Shown piece after piece: positions 46,917-60,890 of a stretch of DNA of 64,000 bases (positions are counted from its first letter, which is position 1; every line of letters begins with the position of its first letter). The stretch spans positions 32,610,443-32,674,442 of the forward strand of contig NC_083438.1 in the NCBI RefSeq assembly GCF_020745735.1, written 5' to 3'. The stretch is from Hemiscyllium ocellatum. Its lineage: Eukaryota. The position numbers and the translations under genes are program-made. The notes beneath the pieces are model-generated. The model worked only from the letters and a program-made list of their open reading frames with translations, was not told where the DNA came from and did no database searches.

Positions 46917-49526
46917 GTAAGTTCTGGAATGTTGCACTGTTTCCAATTTAACCCTTTGATCTTTGTATAAGATTGTGTGAAATGTTGCTGAGCTCTGTCC
47001 CTGTCAATTCCCTGAGCTGTGAGCATGCAGCATCCAATCACTTCTAGCTTGTCATCCTCTCACTATTGAACAGTCTCTGTGGATTGAACTGGAGCAAATA
47101 TTATCCCACTGGAAAACCAGAGAATATTTGAGGTGGTGCCACACAACAGGTTTTTGCACAAGATAAGGGTGAGTGGGATTGGGGGTAATCCAGCCTGGAT
47201 TGAGGATTGGTTAAGAGGAGAAGAACAAAAATAGGCTATTGAACCCCCTGAATCTGCTTTGCTACTCTCGATCATGGTTATTCATCTACATCAACACAGC
47301 ATTCCTCTGATCTTCCTATATCCCTTTGTCATTAGTCTCTCAAAATCTGACGATCTCTGTTTTTGAAGTTGCTTTAGTGGCAGACAGGTAGAGAATTGCA
47401 AAGATTCACCACCCTGAGTGAAGTTCCTCCTCATCTCAGTCCTAAACATCTTCCATTTTCTTATTGTTTGTCAGTGTCCCAAGGTTCCAGACTCCACAGT
47501 TAGGAGACCCCAAATCCTTCCTGTCTCTATCATCTATCACTTCTTCAAATTCTAAGTTTCCAAATATATCCTTTTCATTCTTCTCAGTACCAGGTAATAT
47601 TGGCCCAAGCTCCTCCAACTACCCCCATATGCCAGTTCCATCATACCAGAAATCGGTCTGGTGAACTTCTGCTGCACTTTCTCAATGGCACTTCCTTAGG
47701 TAATGGGACTACAACTGTACACACTATTCCCGGTGTGGTCTCACCAGTGTTGTGTGCAATTGAAGCAAGGCATCCTGCTTGCTTTCTAAATTTCTTGCTA
47801 TGCCTGCACGTTAGCTTTCAATAAATTGTGAACAAAGCTGTTTAGGTCCCTGGATATCAACACTTTCTAACATCTCCATCATTCCTTACATAGTCTGCAC
47901 CCCCATTCTTCCTATCAAAGTGATTAATGGATAGAAACAGAGTAGGAATATCTTTGTTTATTAATGAAACTGTACAGATCTGTTGGGGGGCCTCTCTATT
48001 CACAATCTACATCAATTTGGATTCAGACTTGATGGGCTTCTTCTGTACTTTATGGTTCTATGGTCAGGGTAATGTGCGCAAGTTTGCGGTTCAATTTTGG
48101 CTGGGAAGGTAAGCAATATGGAGGGCACAGAGACTGCAAAACTGATGCGGGCCCGTGACTGGGCAATGATGGTTGGAGATGGTGTATAGTTTTGTAAGTG
48201 TGAATGGTCAACTTTTGGAAAAATGGAAAAGTAATATTTTTACAGTGGGAGGTCAGTGCATGGCATTCAAGAAGGATTTTTTACGCCAATTCCAGACAAC
48301 AAGAGTCACAAATATTTGTTCAAGAACTGTCATAAGGATAGCCATGCAGGTACAGACTACTCAGTGTAAGAGCAGTGATGGAGACACTTCTGGGAATAAT
48401 TATTTGGGAGTAGTCATGTGCAAAAAGGTGTATGAATTGGGAAGAGTCAGCACTGACTACTTAAGGGGAGATTATGCTTAACAATTCTGGAGGTTTTTTT
48501 GAGGTAAAAGAAAATGTTGCTGAGAGTAATGCTATAGATGTGGCATATGTTATACATTCTAACAACTTGTAAGAATGTGATGTGTACTCTGCTGATCTCA
48601 TTCTTCTAGAAATTGTGAACAAAACTACTCCAGGCATCAAAGCATCGCATGGCCTCAACCACGGAGCCTCGTGCCAACAACACCTGAGCATTAGGATGGA
48701 GCGACTGGGGGAACGTGGCTGTCCAACACTGATTTTTCACTGCACTGAACCTGGGTTCCATATATTCACCAACCTCTGGTTGTAGAAATTCCTTCTCATA
48801 TCCATTCTAAAGTGATGTCCCTTCACTCAAGGGCTGTGCCCTCAGGTCCTTGTCTCTCCTAATCATGGAAATGTCTCTGTCTCTAATTGTTCCAAATTGA
48901 CACTCCAACCAAAATGAAGCACTGAACGATGCTAGGAAACCTGTTCAGGTGAAGCACAGAGCCGTGTGCCAACAGCAACTGAGCATCAAGGTGGAGCAGC
49001 TGGAGAACAAAACCACCTGGGGAACAGGATTGTCTAGCACTGTGTTTCCACTGCAAACAGCCTGGCTCAGGGAGGGGGGAATCAGCCCAGTATTGTAGCC
49101 TTGTGGAAGGTATTTGATACAGTGCCACACAATAGATTTGAGAAAAGTTATAGGTCATGGAATAAAAGGGACTTTAGTAACTTGGATTCAGAATTGGCTG
49201 AGGGGAAATAAAAAGAATTGTTAAAATGGATATTTCAGACTGGAGGAAGCTTTGTAGAAGTATTCCCAAGAGGCTGGTATTAGGACCCTTTTATCTTCCT
49301 GATACATTTCAAAGTTTGCACATGAGGCATAACTTGGAAGAATTATATACTGTGAGGATTGTGTAGAACTACAAAAGGACTTAGACAAATTGGTGGAGTT
49401 GACAGATGGGTGGTAGACTGGGCCTAATGTAGAGAAGTATGAGATGTTGTATGTTTGATCGGAAGATCATCGAAAGATAACATAAAATAGGGTGTACAAT
49501 TCTATAGGGTGTACAATTCTACAAGG

Positions 49527-52500
49527 TTAAAAATCACAACACCAGATTATAGTCCAACAGGTTTAATTGGAAGCACACTAGCTTTCGGAGCGGCGCTCCT
49601 TCATCAGGTGATTGTGGAGGGCTCGATCATAACACAGAATGTATAGCAAAAATCTACAGTGTGATGTAACTTAAATTATACATCGAAAAATTGATTTCTG
49701 TTAAGCCTTTCATCTGTTAGTTTCACTTCTTTCATATGTAAATCACAAAACCCTTTTTTTTTAACAAGTTGCATTCTCGGGTTAGCTGTTAACAATGGTG
49801 ATATCTAGACAATAGGTTGGAGGTGTGAGCCCCCTGTGTTCTCTGTCTATGACTTGATGTTTAGATTGATTCTAATCTAAAAAGTGAGATCAGAGTTTTA
49901 CATAAATTCATGCACTTTTTGAGCTCAGAGTTCTACATGAATGTATGCACTTTTTCAGCAAGTACAAATTCACCACACAAAGTGTGTGTGTGTCTATACC
50001 TGTGTCCATGTGATGTGAGTGTGTGTGTGGTGCAATGGTGATCACCTGTAATGTGACATGAACCCAAGGTCCCGGTTGAGGGCCTCCCTATGGATACCGA
50101 ACTTAACTATCAGCCTCTGTTCGGCCACTTTCCTCTGCTGCCTGTCCCGAAGTCCACTTTGGACGATGGTCACCCGAAGTGTTGCCCAACTGGGAGGGAA
50201 CCCTCCTGTCTATTTATTGATTGTGCGGTGCCCATTCATCCGTTGTCGTAGCCTTTGCTTGGGTTCCCCAATGTACTATGCCTCCAGGCATCCTTGCCTG
50301 CAACGTATAAGATAGCCAATGTTGGCTGAATCACGAGTACCTGCCATGTAAAAGATGAGGGGTGTTCCCACGCGTAATAGTGGTATCTATGTCCACAATT
50401 TGACACGTCTTGCAGCGTCCACCTTGACAGGGTTGTATGGAATTGTCCTGAGAGCCGGGCAGTTTGCTACGAACAATGATCTGTTTGAGGTTTGGCAGTT
50501 GTTTAAAGGCAAGTAGTGGAGGTGTGGGGAAGGTCTTGGTGAGGTGCTCATCCTCATTGATAATGTGTTGCAGGTCACAAAAAACATGGCGTAATTTTTC
50601 AGCCCCTGGAAAGTACTGAACAACGAAGGGTACCCTGTCAGTTGCAGCACGTGTCAGTCTCCTGAGGAGATCATTACGGATACTTGCTGTGGCACGTCGG
50701 AACTGGCGGTCGATGAGTTGAGCATCGTACCCCGTTCTTGTGAGGGCATCCTTGAGTACTTTCAGGTGTCCGTCACATTCCTCCTCATCTGAGAAGGTCT
50801 GGAGAATGCGTAGGGCTTCTCCATAGTGAATGGCTGTTGTGGTTCTGTTCGCCAAGCTGGGAGTTTTTGTTGCAAATGTTTTGTTCCCTTTCTAGGTGAC
50901 ATCCTCAGTGCTTGGGAGCCTCCTGTGAAGCGCTTCTGTCATGTTTCCTCCGGCATTTACAGTGGCTTGTCTCTGCCGCTTCCGGTTGTCAGTTGCTGTC
51001 CGCTGCAGTGGCCAGTATATTGGGTCCAGGTCGATGTGTTTGTTGATAGAGGCATGGCACTCATCCACTGATTCTATCAACAAACACATCGACCTGGACC
51101 CAATATACTGGCCACTGCAGCGGACAGCAACTGACAACCGGAAGCGGCAGAGACAAGCCACTGTAAATGCCGGAGGAAACATGACAGAAGCGCTTCACAG
51201 GAGGCTCCCAAGCACTGAGGATGTCACCTAGAAAGGAGACGAAACGTTTGCAACGAAAACTCCCAGCTCGGCGAACAGAACCACAACAACGAGCACCTGA
51301 GCTACAAATCTTCTCCCAAACTTTGAATAGTGAATGGCTCTTTTAATATGTTTTGGGTGGAAGCTGGAGAAGTGTAGCATTGTGAGGTTGTCTGTGGGTT
51401 TGTGGTAGAGTGTGGTGCTGAGGTGTCTGTCCTTGATGGAGACGCATGTGTCCAAGAATGAGATAGACAGTCGAGAGTAGTCCATGGTGAGTTTGATGGT
51501 GGGATGAAACTTGATGTCACTGTGTAGTTTTATCAGTGACCCCTCACCATGGGTCCAGAGGAAGAAAATGTCATCAATGGTGTACAATGTTAGTTGGAGA
51601 TCCTGCATAGAGAAGAAATCTTGTTCAAATCGGTGCATAAAAATGTTGGCATATTGGGGTGCAAATTTGGGCCCCATGCTGTTGTGTGTCTGGATGAAGA
51701 ATTGGTTGTCAAAGGTGAAGATGTTATGATCGAGGATAAAGCGGATGAGTTGTAGGATAGTGTTTGGAGACTGGCAGTTGTTGGTGTTGAGTACTCAGGC
51801 TGTTGCTGCGATGCCATCCTTGTCGGGGAAGCTGGTGTAGAGTGCGGAAACGTCATTGTGATGAGGAATGTTCCCGGTCCGACTGGTCCAAGGGTGCTGA
51901 GTTTTTGTAAGAAACTACGGACTCAGCCAATGTTGCCTGCAACGTATAAGATAGCTAAGCTTGCCTGAAGGCATGGTACATTGGGGAAACCGAGCAAAGG
52001 TTACGACAACGGATGAATGGGCACCACACAACAATCAATAGACAGGAGGGTTCCCTCCCAGTTGGGGAACACTTCGTGGTCCAGGACATTCAGCCTCGGA
52101 GGATGGTCACCCGAAGGTCCAAGGTGTACTTCGGGACAGGCAGCAGGAGAAAGTGGCCGAGCAGAGGCTGATAGCTAAGTTCGGTTCCCATAGGGAGGGC
52201 CTCAACAGGGACTTACATGTCACATTACAGGTGATCACCATTGCACTACACACGGACACACACAGACGCCCACACACACCCGTATAGACACACACACTCA
52301 CATGTACCATCTCACAGACTTGAGACACTCTGCACTCGCTACACAAACACACACTTTCTCACACTCTCAACCCCCACCTTAGATAGACAGACACACGCAC
52401 ACACACAAAGACCCACATACACACATTTTGTGTGGTGAATCTGTACTTGCAGAGTTACACTGCACTTTGCTGAAAAACTGCATACGTTCATGTAGAACTG

Positions 52501-52930
52501 AGCTCAAAAACTGCATGAATTTATGTAAAACTCTGTTATCTCACTTTTTAGATTAGAATCAATCTAAACATCAGGTCATAGACAGAGAACACAGGGGGCT
52601 AACACCTTCAACCTATTGTCTAGCTATCACTATTGTTAACAGCTAACACGAGAATGCAACTTTACAAAAAGGGTTTTGTGATTTACACACGAAAGAAGTG
52701 AAACTAACAGATGAAAGGCTTAACAGACAATCAATTTTTCAATGTATAATTTCAGTTACATCACACTGCAAATTTTTGCTACAAATTCTGTTATGATCGA
52801 GCCCTCCACAATGACCTGATGAGCATCGCTCCGAAAGTTAGTGTGCTTCCAATTAAACCTGTTGGACTGTACCCTAGTGTTGTGTGACTGAAACTTTGTA
52901 CACCCCAGTCCAACACCGGCATCTCCAAAT
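49527..52930. mobile_element. Head-to-head Penelope-like element (long minus arm with RT plus GIY-YIG, short plus arm), copy-B-specific
   Basis: RT motifs MGPKFAPQYANIFM, IDDIF, LYHKPTD; both outer ends are the same 3' tail in opposite orientation; TSD CAATTCTA(C/A)AAGG at 49514-49526 and 52931-52943; empty site in A at 17734-17746. Confidence 0.87.
50836..51326. mobile_element. Nested fold-back PLE fragment inside the RT of the previous element
   Basis: ~215-bp inverted arms around ~51050-51073; TSD ATAGTGAATGGCT at 50823-50835 and 51327-51339; related to the 15924-17576 family. Confidence 0.87.
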
Positions 52931-55900
52931 CAATTCTAAAAGGAGTTGCAGGAGCAACAGGTGGCCAGACAGATGAAGAGAACAAGGAGCAAGTGAAGAT
53001 TGCACGTGTTGGAGATCAGTCAAAGTGTGGTGATGGAAAAATACAGCCGGTCAGGCAGCTTCTGAGGAGTGGGAGAGTCAACGTTTTGATCAGTGAGCTC
53101 TTCATCACGATGAAGAGAGGAGTTAGTAAAACATCATTCATAGGGGCATGGAGTGTCAGAAAAAATGTAATGTTGAACTTGTACAAGACACGTGAATAGA
53201 GGATAACAGGAGTGTAATAAAGGGTTTCAAAATCACAAGCAGGTTTTACAGATTAGAGAGGAAGAAAATGTTCCTGTTATGAAAGGATTGAGAATCAGAG
53301 CACAGGTTTAAATTGCTTTTCAAAAGAAGCAAATGCCAACTGATTTTTAAAGGAAGTTTTCACGCGGCAAGGCTTAAGGTATGGAATGTGCTTTTCTGGC
53401 AGTGTGCTGAATAGGTTCCATTGAGGCATTCAAGAGTGTATTAGATAATTGAAACAATTTCTGCAAGGTAATGGAGGGGGGAGGGGGGAAGAAAGCTGGA
53501 GATTGGTACTAGGTAATGATGCCCACTTGAAGAGCTGGTGCAGACACAATGGGCAGCACCTGAACCAAAACACGTCAGTGATAGTCCCAAGGTAACATGC
53601 AGGTGGTTAGGAAGATAAAGGAGACATTGGGCATTATTGGAAGAGGAAAAAGTATTAGAGGAGAAAGTCTTGCTGCAAGTTACATACGGGATAGATAAGA
53701 GCAAATTAGAAAATTGTGAAGGATTGTTCCCAATCCAAAGCAGGATATCTTTGCCTCAGGTGTAAAACAAAAGTTTCACTAGACTCAGTCCTGGGATGAA
53801 TGGGTTCAACAAAGGTGAGATTATTTAATGGAAATATAATATTCTGGGGGTCTTGAAGATAGATGCTGAGTGGCTGTTTCCCTCCTGCCTGGATGGAATT
53901 CTGTATCTCAGATGGTTGTGGATGCTCTATTGGTCAATATATTTGGGGCTGAGAGCTAGATTTTTAAACTCTCGCCTTTGTTTTCATATTCCCTTTGTGG
54001 TTTATCTCTGCCTATCTGTAATGTCCTTTACTTACACAACATCATTCCTCCTCCTTTTCCATCACTCCACCACAGACACCTGTGCTTTCAGCTGTCTGGA
54101 TGCTAGGGTCTGACACGTCCTCTTTTCTGAGTTTAATCGGAATCCCACTCCTGTGCTGTGATTCTCTTTATAAAAACCAAACACTGATCAAACTTAATTT
54201 ATTTTCATGTAACTTATTATTGAGTTTAATCGTCCTTGTGAAGCATTTCAGATGTTGTCTGTCAAAGGTGTTATTTAAGATGATAAGAACATAGAATATC
54301 GGAGCAGAATTCAACAACTTGGCTCATTAGGTCTGCTCCACCTTGATATCATGGCTGATATGTTTTGTGACACCATTCTCCTACCTTGTCCCATTATCTC
54401 CTTACTATCAAAAGCCCATTTAGTTCTGACTTAAAACCTGCCCTCCACAGCTCTCAGTGGCATGCGTTTCGCAGATTCACCACTCTCTGGCTCAAGAAAT
54501 ACCTTCTAATCTGAGTTTTGAGGGTTGTCCCTTCAGAGGCAGTGTCCTCAGGTCCTTGTTTCACCTAATGGCAGAAAAATCTTTTCTGCATCCCCATTAA
54601 GTGCAACTTGATATTCAAACCTCTTGCATTTTCAACACCCCCAACACTTAGTCTGGGCATCAGAGTATTCAGTGACTGGGAAGCCCATCTCTGGATTTCC
54701 TTGTTTCACTCAATATCCACATCTCTCTGCTCACCAACACCGAATATACATCCCTCACAGTGGGAAGAAGAACTATTGCAGGGTTCTCTCACTCGCTCTG
54801 TCCTCTGGCCCTCCCGCTATCAGACAGCACAGCTCTTGTGGAGTGTCTAGCTCTTGCCCATTGCCTCTTGTATAACCCTCCTCTCATCTACACTATCCTC
54901 TATCACTGTGCAGCTCCTGTCGACCATTTTCCAGCTGTCATTGGTCCACAAGATGTTGTGTCCTTCAATATGGCTGTGCTCCTGAATAGCTCCTTTTACA
55001 AGTGACCAAAATGTTAGAGCGTAATATGCACTCTGGTTTTTCTCTCCTAGACACTCCAGCAATCGAAATGAAGCATCGAATGGTATCCCTTTGAGGGGGG
55101 ATTTGCGCAGGTGAAGCGTGGAACCTTACGACAACAGCACTTGAGCGTCAGGATGGAGCAGCTGGAGAACAAAACCTTCTGGGGAACGGGGCTGTCCTGC
55201 ACTGAGCCTGGCTCAGGGAGGGGGGGAATCAGTCTAGTGTTGTGGTGATTGAGTGATTCCTGGTGGAAAGTTTATGTGGGTGATGCTGCCAGGACCCCAT
55301 TTGTTGTCCATCTCTAAATGACCGACTGCAGTCCTTGTAGTGATGTTGCTCCCACACTGGGGAACATGGGAAGAGGCTTCAAAAACTCCCTCTGCAGCAG
55401 CACCTGCTGGGAAAAACCAGGAACTACATTACTGCCAGCAACTGGTTTATATCCAGGATTCAGACTCTGGATGGTTTACAGAATGAAACTGCACTGATTA
55501 TGCAACACACTAATTTGCTATTCTGAAAAAAAATCTTGATTATCCGTACTCCGTGCTCTCTGTCCAATATGTGATCCTATGCATGTGATATGTTATTGTT
55601 GACTTTCTGATCGGGTGGGAAGAAGAGGAACAACTTTTAACTTTGTGTGGGGGGAGCTAGATTTGTGGTTGGGGTTTATTTACCACCAGTATTCAGTTCA
55701 CCCTTGGATTGTACTTTATTCCGAGTGACACTGGAGGATATGGTTTCGGTTGGTACATTTGAGGCTTTGTGACAACTGAGTATTGAAAAGTATGGTGGGG
55801 ACTGTAATCTAGAAGGCTTTTTTCTGTTAAGTGTGTTGGAATACACTTCTGTGAAGGTGGAGAAAGAGTTCAAGTCAGCGAGACTCATGGATAACACCAT

Positions 55901-56185
55901 CTCTAGTTACTCTTTGCTACCTGTTGGGGTCAATTTGTCTGATGTGCTCCTGAGATTGGGAGGTGTCAGACAGTTACCTCACTGTATTCATTGTCTGATG
56001 GGAGTAAGTCATTTTCTTAAGAACAAAGAGCACCAAAAATGACTCATTTAATATCTGTGATCTCAGTCTCCATAAATCTCTTTTAGGTCCTGAATCGGCT
56101 CTGGTCCCCCTGTTTTATCCTTTTCCTGTTCTTGTGTTTGTGGAAGTCTTTTGATTTACTTCTTATGTTAGCTGCTAATCTCTTG

Positions 56186-56958
56186 TATTATGAAGTTGAA
56201 GGCATGTACTGTACCTTGAGAGTGAACCGAGAGATAACAACAAGCACCTATGTAATGTGACTAGGTAGTCAGTGTGCTGGAAAATATGTAACATTTGGCT
56301 GTTAAAGGAATACCTGAGTTTTGGTTAAATTTAAATTGTTGTCAATCAGTTTAAATTATGGCCCAGGATACTAAAACCCAATCGTGTTTGAATTTATTGG
56401 TTTGATGTTGGCAAAATAATGAGATGATCCAATGCTTTGGGGGGGGGGGGGGGCAGGGAAGGAGGGTTGTGAATGCAGACATTTTGAAAATTGGTCAGAG
56501 AGCAACTGCCATCAAGACAGAAATGCATGGGGAGCTAACATGCTCACCAAAAAATTAGGAAACACTCTCTATCAAAAGGTACCCTTTCTCATATGAAACA
56601 TACTCATAGTAAAAAGAAAGACGACAACCCAGGGAGATCTTCAGCCGGAAGAAAGACACAGAAGACAACAGTAGTTGTGTGGTTTTGAAATTACATCAAC
56701 TTAATCTCAAGTGTCTTATTGGAACAGTATATTGTATAGAGTTGGAGGCAGATAGTAAGCAATTAAAAGGGGGGTTTAGAGTTGAGTAGTTGTTGTTTTA
56801 ATGCTCACTTTCAGAGTTAAAAATTTTGATGTTATTTTCTTTGGATAGTAGAATTTGGGAGTTCTCTATCCCTCATATTTTAACAGATTACAAGGTGAAG
56901 TGAGCTTTTCTGGGTATTTGATTTCATTAGCAGAGGGGTTCCCCACTGTGTTGTAACA
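56186..56958 (+). mobile_element. Probable solo LTR (Gypsy-like)
   Basis: Starts TATTATGAAG and ends TTGTAACA, with flanks CTTG/CTTA (near 4-bp TSD); family assignment is from memory and unverified. Confidence 0.5.
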
Positions 56959-57767
56959 CTTATACTATCCTTGCTTTTCCTATGTGATTTTTTTCTGCAA
57001 TTCTACATTTGGCCTGGTTTTCTCCTTCATCTCCCTCTATCACTTTTTCTAGCCAGAGTTGTGAATTTCTTTAGCCTATCTCTCCTTCATATGTAGCTTG
57101 ACTATACCTCAACTGTCTTCTCTATGAAGGCAGTGTGTTGTTCTTTTACAGTTTTGTTGCCAGTTTTTGATTCCAGTTCTATCGTGTTGATTAACCTGAT
57201 CAGTCCTGCACCATACGCAGGGGGAATGTTACTAATTAGCAATTGTACCCCTAAGAAGCACGACACTATGTGCAAGCTTAGCTTAGGAAATTTTCTTTGG
57301 GAGAATAGCACACATCTACATGGATGTATGAGCTGTTGAAAATGAGGTTGTGGCCAAGGAATCCCTAATGGAATCTAATTGGTTTGAACCAAAGCTTTCT
57401 GATAATATGTGAAGTCAGACAAGCCTGCACTATCTTCCACCTTCATTCACGTACTGTATCAAACCACTGGCTGGAAAAGGACGGTAAGAGGAGGCACTCG
57501 GAACAAGGATCTTTTTTTCTGTTCATTATCTGATTGCAATATTTCTGCTTTCTTTAACAGCATTCAAAAGGCCAATTTTGGATTAATGAAGATTAACTAC
57601 TAGTAAAATCTGAACAATAATAGTTTAGCTCTCTGCTTTCCTTCTGTGTGATGGTGGCTTGTTTTTGAAAAAACAAGTTTTTTTGTTTGAAAGTCCATGT
57701 TCTCTTTTTTCCAAGATTTTGTGTGTCATTAGTCTCAGACAATTTTTAATAGTTGGTAAAAACAATG

Positions 57768-60700
57768 ACTGCAGATGCTGGAAACCAGATTCTGGATTAG
57801 TGGTGCTGGAAGAGCACAGCAGTTCAGGGAGCATCCAAGGAACAGCGAAATCGACATTTCGGGCAAAAGCCCTTCATCAGGAATAAAAGGCAGTGAGCGT
57901 GAAGCGTAGAGAGATAAGCTAGAAGAGGGTGGGGCTGGGGAGAAAGTAGCCTAGAGTACAATGGGTGAACAGGGGAGGAGATGAAGGTCAGGGAGAGAGG
58001 GTGGAGTGGATAGGTGGAAAAGAAGATAGGCAGGTAGGACAAGTCATGGGGACAGTGCTGAGCTGGAAGTTTGGAACTAGGGTGAGGTGGGGGAAGAAGA
58101 AATGAGGAAACTGTCGAAGTCCACATTGATGCCCTGGGGTTGAAGTGTTCCGAGGCGGAAGATGAGGCGTTCTTCCTCCAGGTGTCTGGTGGTGAGGGAG
58201 CGGCGGTGAAGGAGGCCCAGGACCTCCATGTCCTCGGCAGAGTGGGAGGGGGAGATGAAATGTTGGGCCATGGGGTGGTGTGGTTGATTGGTACGGGTGT
58301 CCCGGAGATGTTCTCTAAACCGCTCTGCTAGGAGGCTCCCAGTCTTCCTTATATAGCGGAGACCGCATCGGGAGCAACGGATACAATAAATAATATTAGT
58401 GGATGTGCAGGTAAAACTTTGATGGATGTGGAAGGCTCCTTTAGGGCCTTGGATAGAGATGAGGGAGGAGGTGTGGGCACAGGTTTTACAGTTCCTACGG
58501 TAGCAGGGGAAAGTGCCAGGATGGGAGTGTGAGTTGTAGGGGGACGTGGACCTGACCAAGGAGTCACGGAGGGAACGGTCTTTGCGGAAGGCGGAAAGGG
58601 GTGGGGAGGGAAATATATCCCTGGTGGTTGGGTCTTTTTGGACGTGGTGGAAATGTCGGCAGATGATTTGGTTTATGCGAAGGTTTGTAGAGTGGAAGGC
58701 GAGCACCAGGGGCGTTCTGTCCTTGTTACGGTTGGAGGGGTGGGATCAGAGGACTGAGGTGCGGGATGTGGACGAGAAGCTTGGAGGGCATCTTTAATCA
58801 CGTGGGAAGGGAAATTGCGGTCTCTAAAAAAAAAGGAGGCCATCTGGTATGTTCTGTGGTGGAACTGGTCCTCCTGGGAGCAGATACGGCGGAGGTGGAG
58901 GAATTGGGAATACGGGATGACATTTTTGCAAGAGGTAGGGTGGGAAGAGGTGTAATTCAGGTAGCTGTGGGAGTCGGTGGGTTTGTAAAAAATGTCAGTG
59001 TCAAGTCGGTCGTCATTAAATGGAGATGGAGAGGTCCAGGAAGGGGAGGGAGGTGTCAGAGATGGTCCAGGTAAATTTAAGGTCAGGGTGAAGTGTGTTG
59101 GTGAAGTTGATGAATTGTTCAACTCCTCGCGGGAGCACGAGGTCGTGCCAATGCAGTCATCAATGTAGCAGAGGAAGAGGTGGGGAGTGGTGCCGGTGTA
59201 ATTACGGAAGATCAACTGTTCTATGTAGCCAACAAAGAAACAGGCATAGCTGGGGCCCATACGTGTGCCCATGGCTACACCTTTGGTCTGGAGGAAGTGG
59301 GAGGATTCAAAGGTGAAATTGTTAAGGGAGAGGACCAGTTCGGCCAAACGAATGAGAGTGTCAGTGAAAGGGTACTGTTGGGGATGTCTGGAGAGAAAAA
59401 AAAAGCGGAGGGCTTGGAGGCTCTGGTCATGGCAGATGGAGGTGTAGAGGGATTGGATATCCCTGGTGAAGATGAGGCATTGGGGGCCAGAGAAACGGAG
59501 GTCATGGGTGGTGTCTCGAATGTATGTGGGGAGTTCTGGACTTGGGGGGAAATAGGACAGTGTCGAGGTAGGTAGAGATGAGTTCAGTGGGACAGGAGCA
59601 TACTGAGACAATGGGTCGGCTAGGGTGGTCAGGCTTATGGATCTTGGGAAGGAGGTAGAACCGCGCAGTGCGGGGTTCCTGGACTATGAGGTTGGAAGCT
59701 GTGGGTGGGAGATCTCCTGAGGTGATGAGGTTCTGCATGGTCTGGGAGATGATGGTTTGGTGATTGTAGGGGGGGTGGTGGTGGTGTCATAGTCAAGGGG
59801 TGTAGGAAGAGGTGTCCTCGAGTTGGGGGTTTGGCTTTAGCGATGTAGAGGTCAGTGCGCCAGACTACCACTGCGTCCCCTTTATCCGCTGGCTTGATGG
59901 TGAGGTTAGGATTGGAGCAGAGGGATTAGAGGGCTGCACGTTGTGAGGGTGAGAGGTTGGAGTGGGGGAAGGGGGTCGACAGGTTGAGGTGGTTAATGTC
60001 CCGGTGGCAGTTGGAAATGAAGAGGTCGAGGGCAGGTAATAGGCCAGCGTGGGGTGTCCAGGTGGATGCAGTGTGTTGGAGGTGGGCGAAGGGGTCCTCG
60101 GAAGGTGGGCGGAAATCCTGATTGTGAAACTAAGCTTGGAGGCGGAGGCGACTGAAGAATTGTTCTACGTCACGGCGTGTATTAAATTCATTGATGTGTG
60201 GACGGAGGGGAATGAAGGCGAGTCCTTTGCTGAGGACTGATCGTTCATCCTCAGTGAGGTGGAGGTATGCAGGGATGGTGAAAACTCGGCAGGGCTGGGA
60301 TCTGGTGTGGGTGTGGAGCTGGGAATGGGGTCGGAGCCAGTAACTGGATTGGGTGTGATGGTGGGGGTAATGGGGGTGGAGTCATGAGCATGTTCCCCTT
60401 GGGTTCTTGGGGGTGGGGATAGTGACAGTGGGGTGTGTTGGGGGGTGGCGTGTCAGCAGAATGCAGGTGAGTGGCGCTGGTGGGGGTGGAAGTGGTGGTG
60501 ACCATGGCAGTAGGGGTGGCGGAGGTCATTGAGCATTGGCATCAGCGATGATGTGAGGGGCGGAAGTGGTTGTGGGAGTGGCCATGATGAGGGCGGATGT
60601 GACATAATCAATCAGCGTGGGGGCGGTAGCTGCATCAGCCGCATGGCTAATGGCGTCTGAATCGTTTCCAAGGCCAGGGGAATCTTCTGGAATGTTTGAG

Positions 60701-60890
60701 GAGCGCTGGTTATGGAGGTGGGTAGATAAAAGTTTGTTGTACTTAGTTTTTGATGTTTGAGATGGAATTGAAATACTGTTTGTTGAGAGTATGAATTCTC
60801 CTCAGGATGTAGTACAGAGTGGGTCCTTTGCAATTCTGAGAGAGTGCGGCCCTCAGCTGAGGCAGGGCTGACTGTAGAGAGGTTAGGTGT
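57768..60890 (-). mobile_element. Long degenerate Penelope-like element (N-terminal region, RT, GIY-YIG, 3' tail with hammerhead-like motif)
   Basis: ORF 58673..59611 has KGVAMGTRMGPSYA and YIDDC; ORF 58077..58706 has IIYCIRCSRCGLRYIRKTG...RFREHL; TCATCAG at 57874-57880. Confidence 0.88.

Noticed and set aside
47014-47047. Short cytoplasmic exon (SCEHAASNHF*) after CCCTGAG
   Set aside because: It needs a rare GAG acceptor, the frame is not conserved among paralogs, and it runs into CR1 sequence. It remains possible but is unsupported.
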